Positions 1 through 21,042 of a stretch of 61,235 nucleotides of DNA are shown piece after piece. Within the stretch, counting starts at the first letter, position 1, and each line of letters opens with the position of its first letter. The notes beneath the pieces were generated by a model. That model was not told where the DNA came from. It made no database searches and saw only the letters and a list, made by a program, of their open reading frames with translations. The DNA comes from Ancylonema sp. (Eukaryota), in NCBI GenBank assembly GCA_050230475.1, contig JBFLGF010000202.1, positions 1 to 61,235 of the forward strand. The letters run 5' to 3'. Position numbers and translations under genes: made by a program.

Positions 1-135
1 GCTTTGCCTCGAATAAACGGTTAAGACACACCCCAAAATGGTATTCACCATCCACGCCTCCCAACACAAAACAAAACATCATTCTCATGATCTGTGTCCC
101 CCCCAGAGGTCTTATGAGAACCCTCATCGAGGCCT

Positions 136-2966
136 CTACCGAGTACTCGTAAAACTGAACGATCGATTCCCGGAGCGGGGGAACACTTGACTTCTTTTTC
201 CCGCCTTCATGCCCTCCTCGCCCCCCTCCCCCTTCTCCTTTTCCCCATATGGGTCGAAAACCCACCCCTTCTTCCCCCCCTCTCGCCCGCTCTTTGTCCC
301 TACCCTCTCCCCCTTCCCCCTCGCCCCCTTACCCTTCTTACCTCTCCCTTCTTCAATTCCCTCCTCCCACCCTCCCATAACCTCCTCTGGGCCTCCTCCC
401 CCTCTCCCCCCTCCCCCTCTTCCCCCTCTTCCCCCCCCGTCCCCTAGCCCCAACCCCATTCGCTGTTGAGCAGCCTCAAAGTCATACCTCTTGCATTGCA
501 CCCTCTCCCCCCCCCCCCTGTCCTCCTTCCTATCCACCACCTCCTCCTCCTTCCCCTCCCCACCCCCACCTTTCTCCTCTTTCTCTCTCCCCCTTTTCAA
601 CATCCTGAGTCTCCTCTTCCCCTCTGTTAACGATTCTGGATATCCCTCCACCCCTCCCCCCACCCCACCTCCCACCCCGTTCCCCTCCCCACCCCCTCCC
701 CCCTCGCTTCCCCCCCCCCATTCCACTACCACTCCTACGGGCACAAACCCCTCCTCCTCCTCCCCCTCCCCCACCTTTCCCCCCTCCACTCTCCCTTGTC
801 CCATCCTTACACCTCCCTCCCCCCCCTCTCGACCTCCCAGCAAGGGGGCTTCTACCAGGGATGGGGGGGATGGAGTGGGGATTTTGGCAAAGGGCAGACT
901 AAAGGTCGCTTTGATTTGCTCCGCTACTGCTGATGTCATCCCTCCATCACCTCCCCCCCCCCCAACTGCAGCCACAGCCATCCCACCTCTTTCCCTCCCA
1001 CCTCTGGCCCCCCCCAGCCCCATCCCCACCATGCCACCTGGCGCTCGTTTCATTTTAATAACTGGCCGGTGGACGGACGCCCCCCCCTCCTCAAGAGGAG
1101 AGGAAGAGGGAGGCCCAGCGACATCAGCATCCTCCCCCCCCTTCTCCTGCCTACTCCCTGACCCGAATTCCATCCCCTTGCCACCCCCCCTGTCTGTGAA
1201 ATGTGTGTGGGTGGGGGGGGCTGGGAGGGGGGAGGGGGTGGGATGAAGTGCTGCAGCTCTGTTCCCCTCCTCCTTCGCTTCTTGTATCAGTTCCACAATT
1301 TCAGGGCCTCGGGCTTTGACCAATGGGGCAGTGCCACGTAGGGAGCTGACGAGGCGGCGCACGTCAGAAGGCATGTCAGTGGCTGGGGGGATGGGGGGGG
1401 AGAAACGAAAGGGTAAGGATAAAAATAAAAATGTAGGCAATTTTTTTCTGGGAAGCATGAGGTTGTCTATTTGGCACACCCTTTTTTGGGGATACTTGCA
1501 TATGCCGCGATGAACACTTAACTATATTAATGCAGAGGGGATGATCAGAACCTTTGGGAAAAACCCTAAACACCGTAAAATAGTAAGGTCCTTGATAACA
1601 ATAATAATTCAAATCCATAATCCTATACATGGAGGTACTGTGGTGTGAGCTCTCTGTAATACCCCCCCACCCATTGCAGTCAGGTAAGAAATTCCATATT
1701 TGTGTTTGGTGTCATCTGCTGCCAATAATGGCGTTGAGGGTTTTGGGATATTGCCGCATGATAACGACGCAAAGAATTTGGCGTGGTGCGATTTCGACTG
1801 TAAAGAAGCAGAGAAGATAGAAACCTACGAACATATTCAGCGGTCGTTTCACCTTCACCAAAGGATGCATTCAAGGAATCTCGACACTTTGAATTTACTT
1901 TTTATTTTTTTGCTTAAGGTGACATAATGAAATGAATAATAAGAAGAATCATTTAATGATAATGATTTTTAATATTTGAAGAATAATTTTTCAATTCCCA
2001 TCCTCCCCCCCCCCTTTTCCCCATGCACCAGCCTTGTACCTAGCCTCAGCAGTGTCTGGTTGGGCATCACGAACCCCGTGCTCTCATCCTCCTCCCGACT
2101 CACCCCATCCCTCCATTCAAACAACGCCTGCAACCACGCTCTATGCACACATGTAGGTACAGGGGCATGCATGGATGTATGCCTGTATGTATGTATGTAC
2201 GGATGAATATATGTGTCTACTAATGTATGTTTCTATATGTATACATGTATATGTATATGTATGTATATGTGTATATATGTATGTTTATATGTCTATATAT
2301 ATATAGATATGTATATATGTATGTTTATATATACATATATATATAGATATGTATATATGTATGTTTATATGTGTATGTGTATGTATGTTCGTGTGTACAA
2401 TAACTGATGTGCGAATGTGCGTTCTGTGTAGGGAGTGCCACACCTGTCTAGATGTCTCAAACACTGAACACTGACCCTCAATCTTTGCAAAGACATGCAT
2501 ACATGCATACACACACGCAGAGATACATGCATGCACACACGAAGGCATCCAGGAGTCTTTGGTTTGAGTCACTACGGCGCGTCCTGGTCTATTTTTGATT
2601 ATAACCAGTCTGTATTCTGCCAAACACACAACAGATTTTCAGCGGGAGTGGTACCTGATACGATCCAAAAAAAGTGACTCTATCGCGTACTGTGACTATT
2701 CGAAATGTGAAAAATCGTGCACGGAACCCCCCCCCCTCTTACCGCCAGCACTGCCTCCTGCTCGGCACTGAGAGCCTTGGGATGGTGTCTGCACAACCAA
2801 TGGGAGCATATGAATATACGTGTGTACATACACATGTGCTTCTCATAAATCGAAATAAAAGCACGTGTCCAGACATACACATGTGAACATACATACTCCT
2901 GTACTTGTAAGCATAGGGGCCTCCACCCATCAACATAAACCTCTGTAGATATATATATATATATAC

Positions 2967-3013
<47 letters not shown>

Positions 3014-3856
3014 TCTATCTATATATATACATGTACAACATCTAAAAAATGGGCCTGAAGTGTGTGTGGCAAGCTGAGTGAGCGGTCCCTGACTGACCTG
3101 AGCATGTGCAGGTAGGAGGTGGGCGTGAAACCCTCTTTTTCGTAAAGCTGAAGACAAAGGAGGCGGCTGCGGTCGAGTACCTGAGGATGGTGGTGGTGAG
3201 GAGGGTGAGGGGGGGTTTACTATTTAAACTGCGCACGCATTACACAATTATTTTCTAATCATTGCGAATACAATGCAAATGAGCGTAGAACTCGTAGACT
3301 CACTTCAGTGGGTCGGCTTTTCCGGTTTTTGAAAAAAATGCGAATCTGATTCATCATATATTCTTTGCTCATCCATCATGAAATCATTTCAATTATTATT
3401 TTCCACCCTTATCGTGTGAATGTGGTGCACAGTGTATACATTTGAATGGATCCAGACAAAAAGTGAGTGAGCATAGAAATTGCAGCAATGTGTTATGGAT
3501 GCTACCTCTCGTACGCGTGCCTCCCCCTCCCCCTCCCCCTCCCCCCCCTTCAGCAGCATGAGCTTGAGGCGATCGTAAATGAAGAGAAGGAAGTGGGTGT
3601 CCTCTCTCGCGTATCTGCACCAAGTTTGAACTCAGGTTCAGGTTCAGGTTCAGGTTCAGGTTCAGGTTCAGGTTCGAGTTCCGGTTCAGATGATGGGGAC
3701 GTGTGCGTGTCAAACGTTAAACGCGGAACGCGAAAATGAATAACATACACGAGGACAATGTGTGGACAGTGTCAGTCATGTAAACATGTAAGGAAAGGCT
3801 CCGAAATCTTTAGTGCATGCAAATTTTGTACATGCAAGGGCACATGCAGATGGACA

Positions 3857-3918
<62 letters not shown>

Positions 3919-6889
3919 TACACGTGGAAAGACAGGGGACGATACTAAATAATTAAGTTATTATTCTGTACTTTGTAATAGACAATAGTACATCATATGA
4001 TTCTGAGGGGGGGCACTGCACGTGTGTATAAATCCAGTTTTGTTTCTCACTTTATCATGTCGGCAGAAAGGGGGCGGATCCTCCAATCCGCCAGCTGGTA
4101 TCTGACAGAACCCGAAACAGGACCGAATGTGAACAACTAAAACCCTAAAAACGGAAGGGGGAAAAAAAACCCAAACATAAACCCTAAAAATAACCCCATC
4201 CGCGTCCTAGATCTGACACTAGGAAACCCGGAAATGGACGAAATCTTTCAAACCTCCGAAGTTCAGAATCAGCGGACGCAAATTCTGGGTTGCGAAGGCC
4301 AAAAACCTCAAAAACCCTAAAAACTCTCTCAACAACATTAAAATCTTCAAAAATCCTAAATCCTGCAACCCTACCAACCCTAAAACCCAAAAATGCAAGG
4401 CAACCCCCAACCCTTCCAGGTACCCCCAAAAAAACGAGACACCCCAACCTCCCCCACCTCCCCCTTGGCTTCCTATCCCGTTTTCTTTGTTTTCCCCGGA
4501 CCTCTTATCTGCCTCCACCTCGCAGAAGAGACGGAGAAGGAACGCCAATCCGTTGCCAGCCATGTTCAGAACCCGGGAGGCCTGGCGATGATAAGGGGTG
4601 GGAAATACTTTTAACCATTTTGTCATTCTGCCATTCTGCCTTTCTGATATTCTGCCTTTCTGCCTTTCTGCCATTCTGCCATTCTGACTTTCTGTCTTTC
4701 TATCTTTCTGCCTTTCTGCCGCCAAATCCCAGCCTCAAAACTGACGCAAACATCGAATCAGGGCACCCACAACCAGAGCTCACAGAAACGATGTTGAAAC
4801 ACGAATTTCCGCATACTAAACCCTAAACCATACACCCTGAACCCCAAACCCCAAACCCCAAAACCATAAACCTTCAATCCTAAACCCTGGACGCTTAACC
4901 CCAACCGGTGCTGAATCCTTCATCCTATACCCTACACTCTGAGCCTCTATCTTCACCCCCCCTCACCTGTCCTGTGTCAAACAGATTGACGACGTATATA
5001 CCGAAGTCCCTCTGCAGCCACAACACATCCCTATCGGCGCCGTGCATCACCTGCCTCCCAACCCCCCCCCATCCCCCCCCATTACACCACCATACCCGAA
5101 AACGTCCCTTCCCCCTCCCCCCCCTCAGCCCACAGGTGCATCAACAACAGGTGCTACGCCCAGAATTGAGCATGATAGGATTTGAATAGGATTGCTCAGG
5201 ATTGAAAAATCACCTTCAAAATGGTGGGATCCGCAAACGTGGGTCCCAGTTTTGGGCCAATCAGGTGCCGCAGGCACAGGGTGTCCACCAGCCAGTCCCC
5301 ACCCCCCCCGGGTCCCACCTCCCCCGGATCCCCCATCCCCGGGCGGGTGGAGATCTGCATGAGACACACAAAGCCCTGGTGGGAGCGGTAGCTGTGGGCC
5401 TCCAGGTCAACCTAAACCCAAAACCCCAAATCTTCGATGGAGGCTCGCCCAAATGACCCAGAAGCCCTAAAAACTGTAAGGGCCTTGAACCCTAGAGGCC
5501 CCGATGTCCTATAATCCCAAAACCCTGAGACGTTAACCCACAACCCTCACCCTTAACCCGGCATCCTACCCTCCAGTCAGCCGTACAGCAGCACTCACAG
5601 CCATCTCAGAGGCCGTACTCAGCTCCCTGGCCAGAGCGTCCAGCTCAGCCGGCGTGTGGACCAATGAGAAGCGAGTGTGTGCCACGGCCACGGGGGATAC
5701 TGGGGGAGGGTCTGGAGGGAGCAGCTGCCAGGGGCGATACTCCAACGACTCCAGCACGTCCTGAACCCAAAACCCTAAAAATTCAGACCGAATCGAGACC
5801 CGGATCTGAAATCTGATGTGTCTGTGGGTCAGATAATCTGGAGCTCCGTGGGTTTGTGAGTGCTCTGTTGTTATAAGGGGGTTTGACTGTATGGAATCGG
5901 TGTCTAGCGCTACCAGGTGGCAGTGGCCGATATACCTCACTTAATGTGTATGGTTGTGTTATTGATCTACACCCTACCTCAGCTTCCTTCCTTTAAAACC
6001 TCACAGCATTCCCACACTCGAATCAGATTCGATGATTGTGAATCACCTTGAGAGGGTGTAGAGGGGGCACATGCTCTGACAGACTGCCACCTGGCGTTTC
6101 CCCCATGACTCCAAGTCTCCGGGCATGCGCATCCAGAGCCCGCGCCTTTGCTGTGCTGACATCAGCGATGTCAGCCCTCGTTTGGCCATCAGGAATATTT
6201 CCAGAATTTGATTCCCCTCCTCCTTTCCCGGGACCTATCAGTCCCGTTTGGGGTTTATGGCTGTCCCTTGAGGCTGCCGTTTGTGATGTAACGAGTTCCA
6301 GATTTTCGGCTGCTGCATTCCCAGGATGTTGGAAAGGCGTGCGAGAGTTATCCACCGAGACTACAAATTTTAGTTGGGGTTTTAGGATCGAGGGAACGTG
6401 AAACGGCACGCCTGCTTTCTTATTCGAGGCGAGTTTTCTCGATGACGTGGTCGAGGAGGGGGGAGGCACGTCCTCGATCCACTCCCTACCACGTATCAAC
6501 TCCCGGCCCTCTCCGCGCTTCCTGTCTCTCTGCATGCGCCTCCTAGCCTCGTCAAGGGCGCTATCGACAGCTTCCAACCGGTCATCCTGAGCGTTAATCA
6601 GCCACTCTCCAAGATCTCCGGCGTCTGCGGGAGGGCCGTCGGACGGTCTGGATCCGGAGTTCGAACCGACACGTGGCACCAGCTGGCCCAGGAGGTCCAG
6701 AGCCCTGGTCTGTATATTTTCAACACGGGTCTTGAAATCGGCGAAATTGGAGTAGAAATGAAAATCCACTCCCACTGGTAAGTTTTCTGCTGCCCGCGAA
6801 AGCTCAACTGCTGCGGCGCTGAGGGGCCCTTCGAGATCTGCAATCAGACGCTGGGCAGTGTTTTCTGGGGTAGGGGCACCTGAGGCCAT
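136..6889 (-). CDS. RRP6L2: RRP6-like 3'-5' exoribonuclease (PMC2NT + DEDD-Y exonuclease + HRDC), ~996 aa, 11 exons
   Basis: Exons 6047-6889, 5599-5760, 5214-5411, 4967-5050, 4502-4581, 4051-4101, 3506-3614, 3098-3180, 2743-2788, 2040-2127, 136-1382; all GT-AG and phase-consistent. Motifs: DFHFYSNF (PMC2NT), [89 protein letters not shown], and a C-terminal [11 protein letters not shown] typical of plant RRP6L2. Confidence 0.93.
3632..3690. repeat. (TTCAGG)n hexamer repeat
   Basis: Read directly; lies just inside an RRP6 intron next to the acceptor. Confidence 0.92.
4620..4720. repeat. (TTCTGCCWT)n 9-mer degenerate repeat
   Basis: Read directly; in an RRP6 intron. Confidence 0.8.
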
Positions 6890-7690
6890 GTTGATGTGGC
6901 TCTTGTGTGATTTGCCACTCTTGATGACTTATCTTCACTGTGGCATTTCTCGTCTGGAGGTGTACTATTGGTAGGCGTTTGATCATTTGATCCCTCTGTC
7001 CAGTGGGGTGCTCATTACGTGGTGCAAGGGTCGCTAAACCAAGGTTGCTAGCGTCTAGCAGTTGGCAATTCCGCGGATATTAGGAGGTTCGGGTTCAGTG
7101 ACTCCAAGTGACAGGGAACTGAAAAGCCGGACCAGTTGACCGGGTCAACGGGATGACCATAACGCCAAATCTCGTCAAAGCCAATCGCAGAAGAGGTCCT
7201 TCTCTTGTTTCGACACATGCGTATCGATTTTTCCCCAACGACATCCACGTGCCTTATCATCCACGTGTTACATTTTCAATCGAAGCCTGCCACGCGGACA
7301 CACGGTCAATATCCATTCCAGCTTTCCTGATCGCCATCCCATTCTGCAGTCGTGAGTAATAGCTCTTTGGAGGTCTTCAGGCGCTGCTTGCACAATACGT
7401 TCCCGGTGCTGTCGCAAGGCGTTTTTTTAGTGCTGTTCTTTGCCGCTGCCGTTATCAAGTTATCGAATTCGACGTGAATTCCGGTGTTTGCCGTGTCCGT
7501 ACCAGAAACAAATTTGCAGGCGGATCTTATTCAGAAGATAAATTTGGTAAAATAAATTACTTGTACAGTACACTTTGTAAAGCGAAGAATCTGTGAAAAT
7601 ATTATTGTTTCAGGTTCAAGATCATCTGTACTCTCGATTCATCACTATTTCTGCCGCAGCCAACTCTCTAAATCCAGCCACAACAAAATA
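6890..7690. promoter_or_regulatory. Short divergent intergenic region / probable bidirectional promoter between RRP6-like and CPBP genes
   Basis: Start codons point head-to-head 800 bp apart. A probable 5'UTR intron acceptor (ttattgtttcag) ends at ~7613. Confidence 0.5.
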
Positions 7691-8719
7691 ATGGTGCTCG
7701 GTGCAAACGCTCAGGAAATCCAGTCGGATATAGAAACCGGAGCCTCTGACGTCATCACTACCTCGTCTGACGTCCATAATCAGCATGGCGTCGCCATTAA
7801 ACTGGACTCTCCCATCCTTAACAATGACCGTCTCCCTGGTGCCAGACAATGCCCCCCCGTCAAGCCACATGGGAACACAGAAATTGAACCAGACACTTCG
7901 ACTCCAGCACTTGCGGGAAACGCGGATTCACGTATGGGTTCAAGTCACGCGGACACGCATGGGTCAACTCTTGCCTCCTCTAGAGCCGTGCCTAGCAATA
8001 GTTCAGGACACGCTTCAAACATCAGCGAAGACGAGGATTTGCTCACTTCAATTCCTCCTCAGAGCCCCAATGATATTGAAGCCCCTCTGCTGACGCCTCT
8101 TCCCGCAACTTCTGACTACCACCCTGTGACGTCCTCAAATCCGTACGTCCATCAAATTATCAACTTCCTTCCAGTGAGGCGCCTAGTATGGGCCTTTGAG
8201 CCTCCACCTATCGCTTTGCGAGGTACTCACTTCCGCCTCGCTCTTCTAGAGACATTTTTTCTTGGCCTTTTGTTCGGCCTCATCGCAGGCCCGATAGCTT
8301 ACTACTACAATGTCATCAAGATTTGGGAAATCTCCTTCGCTCCTTTCCTTCTCATCAAAGCCTTCTTCCTTCCGTCCCTCTTCGAAGAAACCGTTTTTAG
8401 GGTTTTGCTTAACCCTCATCCTCGAGAGAATCCTTCGGTAGCTAGCGAGCAGATCTGGGCGTTGGTTTCCATAGGATTATATGTTGCGTGGCACCCATTC
8501 AACGCGTGGCTGCTCACTCCTTCTGCGCGCCGCGTGTTTTATGGGCCGAGCTTCCTTGTTGTCACTGTACTATTAGGTTGTGCGTGCTTGGCTGCATATA
8601 AGAGGAGGGGATCAGTGTGGCAGGCAGTGGCACTTCATTGGGCGGCTGTTTGCGTGTGGCTCACATTAGGAGGGTGTTCAGATTTAGGGTATAAAGGCTC
8701 CCGAGTTTCAAATATTTAG
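7691..8719 (+). CDS. CPBP (Abi/CAAX-like) intramembrane metalloprotease, cyanobacterial-type, intronless CDS, 342 aa
   Basis: Single ORF with several hydrophobic helices. Motifs PSLFEETVFRVLLNPHP (EExxxR), YVAWHPFNA and YKRRGSVWQAVALHW. The first ~150 aa are low-complexity S/T/P-rich. Confidence 0.85.
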   Translation: MVLGANAQEIQSDIETGASDVITTSSDVHNQHGVAIKLDSPILNNDRLPGARQCPPVKPHGNTEIEPDTSTPALAGNADSRMGSSHADTHGSTLASSRAVPSNSSGHASNISEDEDLLTSIPPQSPNDIEAPLLTPLPATSDYHPVTSSNPYVHQIINFLPVRRLVWAFEPPPIALRGTHFRLALLETFFLGLLFGLIAGPIAYYYNVIKIWEISFAPFLLIKAFFLPSLFEETVFRVLLNPHPRENPSVASEQIWALVSIGLYVAWHPFNAWLLTPSARRVFYGPSFLVVTVLLGCACLAAYKRRGSVWQAVALHWAAVCVWLTLGGCSDLGYKGSRVSNI

Positions 8720-11383
8720 GAGTTGTGAAGATGGCGAAGCTTGATTTCAAACACTCACTTGTAGCATTTTATGCGAACAGAATATATTTACGCATGTTAA
8801 CTTACTTTTGCAGGTTTGTAGGTAATTTGTATAATATTTGTGAGAAAAACATATCAGTTGTGGAACCTTTAGAATACATACAATTTTGGGTGTGAAATCC
8901 AAGAGAAGACTCGCACATGTAGGAATTCGTTGGGTTGTTAATGTCGTGTAATCTTGAACCACGATGCATTCTCTCAAGCAATCGATTTAGTGTATTTGCT
9001 GCCAAATGACTCTGAAACTCGTTTCGACAAACCAATAAACATGCGTATGAGTAAGCGTTGGCATAATTTCAAGTGACAAGAGTGACTTTGTTTCGACGTT
9101 ACTTTCAAGTTTTTCTCGTGAAGTTCAATTTTAGACACATCCCACTCCATCAACCTAAACATTTGCCGCTTAAGATTGTATCATTAACCAGTCTCCATGG
9201 TGTGCCATTAAAGAGCGTGTGTGAAAGTCATGCAAGCCTTGCATTGATGTGCATAAAAAGTCGCAAGTCGTGTTTATGTTTGTGTCCTTTGTTATCAAAT
9301 GGTTAAAGATAATTAAATATTTCGATGCATCATGCAATTTACAAAAAAACTATCATTTGTTTTTTTCATGTATCCTAGAAATTATAGCAATAACATAGTT
9401 TTCAAATACTTGAAACTTGTACATGTACACTTGCATGTTAATCGTAAACATTTGGGGAAAAAAATATAGGGTGTAAGATGTGAAATATAAGTGCTGCAAC
9501 ATAACTTGTATATTAATTTAGTGTAATTTAGTGTTACTTATTTAGATGGCCAAAGTTGCCTATTTAGTTGTTGGGAAGTTGTGTCGTGTTTGGTGTTGTT
9601 TTGGTGTTGTGTGTGTGTCTATAAAATGAGTAACTTGAGCATGATGCTTATATCAGAAAAGCTTAGAATTGTGTTAGAACGTAATGGTATGCTTAATTTG
9701 TATCGGTAATTTAGTGTCAGTGACAGCGTGGCGACGGCGTGAATTTTCTTGGCGCGCGTGTGCATGTATTTGAAGATTGGGTGTAAACGGTGTAGATCGA
9801 TCGTTCGATGACTCAAAGGTCATTTCGCCGTTAAAGTGTTTTCTGACTTAGCTACGTGACAAAAGGCCAGACTTTTGGCTAAATAGATCTAGACTTGCTT
9901 CCGAACCACTATAGAGACCGATTCTTCTCCGGTATCGTTTTTTCACTTGCTTTATGTGAAAGAGCTTCGTCTATGTGCTGCGCTTAATAAGTATGTGTGC
10001 AATGAGTGTGTAATAAGTTTATGCACATTTGAGTAGAGTTAAGTCTGAGTTGACTTAAAGAGTTAAGAGTTGAGTTGAGTGGACGTCTCTATGGCGTCCA
10101 CACAAGAATCCTTCTACGAAGCAATGACAACAACTACTGCACATAAGAAATTAGACAAAGAGATTGACAATTTACTCACATGGGAATGCTTCTAGTATGC
10201 ATAAACGGGGACATAGATGTTTATTGCTCCTTCCAATCATGCAGTAATACTCATGCTTATAGAATCACACACAAAACTCTAACGGTATAGAACAAGAGGA
10301 ACAATTTGACGCAATATTTTCAATTCATGTTACAAAGTGTGTAATATGAATACACTATTTTCGTGCAGATTGTATTTCGACCTGATTTAGTCATCAAATG
10401 GTAAATTTTACCTCATGCTCACCGTCAAATCTTTACAAGAGGCCGCCTCGGAAATAAGGCAGCCATTTGGCTTGAAAGACTGTCCACAAAAAAAAACCTA
10501 AAAAAAAACCCAAAAAATCCACATGTTACCGGTACGAGGTTTTGGAGTTCGAACGAATCTCAGGTTTAACTTTTGGTGGCCCATGAAATCAGTCTCCGGA
10601 CTCCTCGGACTCGGACTGGGCCCCAGATTGGGCTGGTAAACTGAACTACCGGACCGGGGGCCTGTTTTATCCGGACTGGCCAGTCTGATGGGATGGCCGT
10701 CCCCAGTCTGGCCTAAAATTAGAGTGGGTCCCCATACCTTGTAGGCACTTGTACGGTACAAGTGCCTATAAACTGAAAAATGACTAAAAAGAAGCTTCCA
10801 CAGGAAGAATGGACAGAGTTATGGAGGCTCACATGTCTCTGACACCTTCGACCAAAGAAGGAACAAAGAGAGCTGGGAAGTTAAATTATGTCGGAGGCCC
10901 GGCCTGCGAATCTCTGATGTCATCGTTAAGTCATCGTAATAGTCGCCTCACTTCCTCTTCTTTCTTCTACGAATTTGTGGGTAGTCTGTGTCTGCTCGCG
11001 CATGCCCGCGCTGCTACCTCTGAACATGTCAGCTGCGTTTCTACAATTCCACGAATAGTATTAAAGTTTGAGAATTAATGCGTGCAGCACAGACGTGCTC
11101 TTTCACAGCTTCGTCTATCCCATAGTGATAAAAGCAGTCACGTGTTCTCCACAGGTCAGGTATGTTCCCGTAAAAATCGTACAGAGCTTCCGCAAACAAC
11201 CCCGCAATCCCCGCCACCCTCAAGATCCCGCGCTCCCCACGATTGACACCCCCTCCCCCCGTTTCCGTTTCGATTCAGGGGCCGATTGAGGTCAGGCTGC
11301 AATCATTGAGATGTAACATCTGCGGAAATGCGGTGCCCCTCTGTCACAAAGCACTTTGAAACGACAACACGTGTCCGTCACGC

Positions 11384-20097
<8,714 letters not shown>

Positions 20098-21042
20098 TTT
20101 AAAAAGTATTCCGATAGCCGCTCGCCGGCCGAGGGCGCACTGGCATAATGTGATGTTGGGAAACCAAAGCTTCGTTTTGTAAAATTCAAAACATATTTTT
20201 TTCTAGTCTTGTGCATATTGATTGCGCATATTTATCATTTATCGTATTCGGATTATTTCTCAAAGAATGGAAAGTGGTCTGAGTCAGAATTTACCATCGA
20301 TTCCAATCACTACTAATGGGTTCGATTATCAATGTTGTGATGATCTTCACCATTCCTGAAAAATCAGCTCGAGTCATGCATGACAACAAGCAATGTCAAT
20401 TGGTCGTTTGAGCGCAAATCGATTTGTCATAGATGCCACCACTAAAACCACGAACGATGACAATTTGGGGTTCAAATGTGAAAGATATTATAAATGAATG
20501 AGTGGAATGAATGTCATGCGTGAGCCAACATTTTTATGTTCTTTGCTTTGCTTGTCATTTTAACACAAAAACAAAGGCGACATGATCTGTTCCTTCTTTA
20601 ACAAAATGGGCGAAGGATGAGGTCTTTTCGGCCATCTTGTACTTCACTAAGTGACTCGCTTCATTGACAATCACAAAGCTATTCAATTGTCCAAGAGGAT
20701 CGTAACCATGCACAGTACGCGGTGTACATATCACGATTCCATTGACATCATACGAAATTGCCGGAGACATCGAATTAAAAACCTCCAGCATTATAGAAGA
20801 AAATAGTGTTTGGTTGCCAAACGTTTATTAAAGTTTGGTTTTTGTACACGAGTGACACAGAAAAATAAAGCCAAAGTCTTCACAGCCTCTACAATTTGAA
20901 CAAGCATCTACAAATGGCATCCGATATATCAGCACCTCAATCCGATACAACAACACCTCAATTCGAAATACCAACACCTCAATTCGATACAACAACACCA
21001 CGAAATGTCAACAGGGACCCTTCCCTACATACAAATCGACCT

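Noticed and set aside
187..1246. Pro/Ser-rich plus-strand ORFs (extensin-like)
   Set aside because: Antisense shadow of the G-rich last exon of RRP6.
1629..1927. Short ORFs inside the last RRP6 intron
   Set aside because: No recognisable motif, and the flanking exons join in frame without them.
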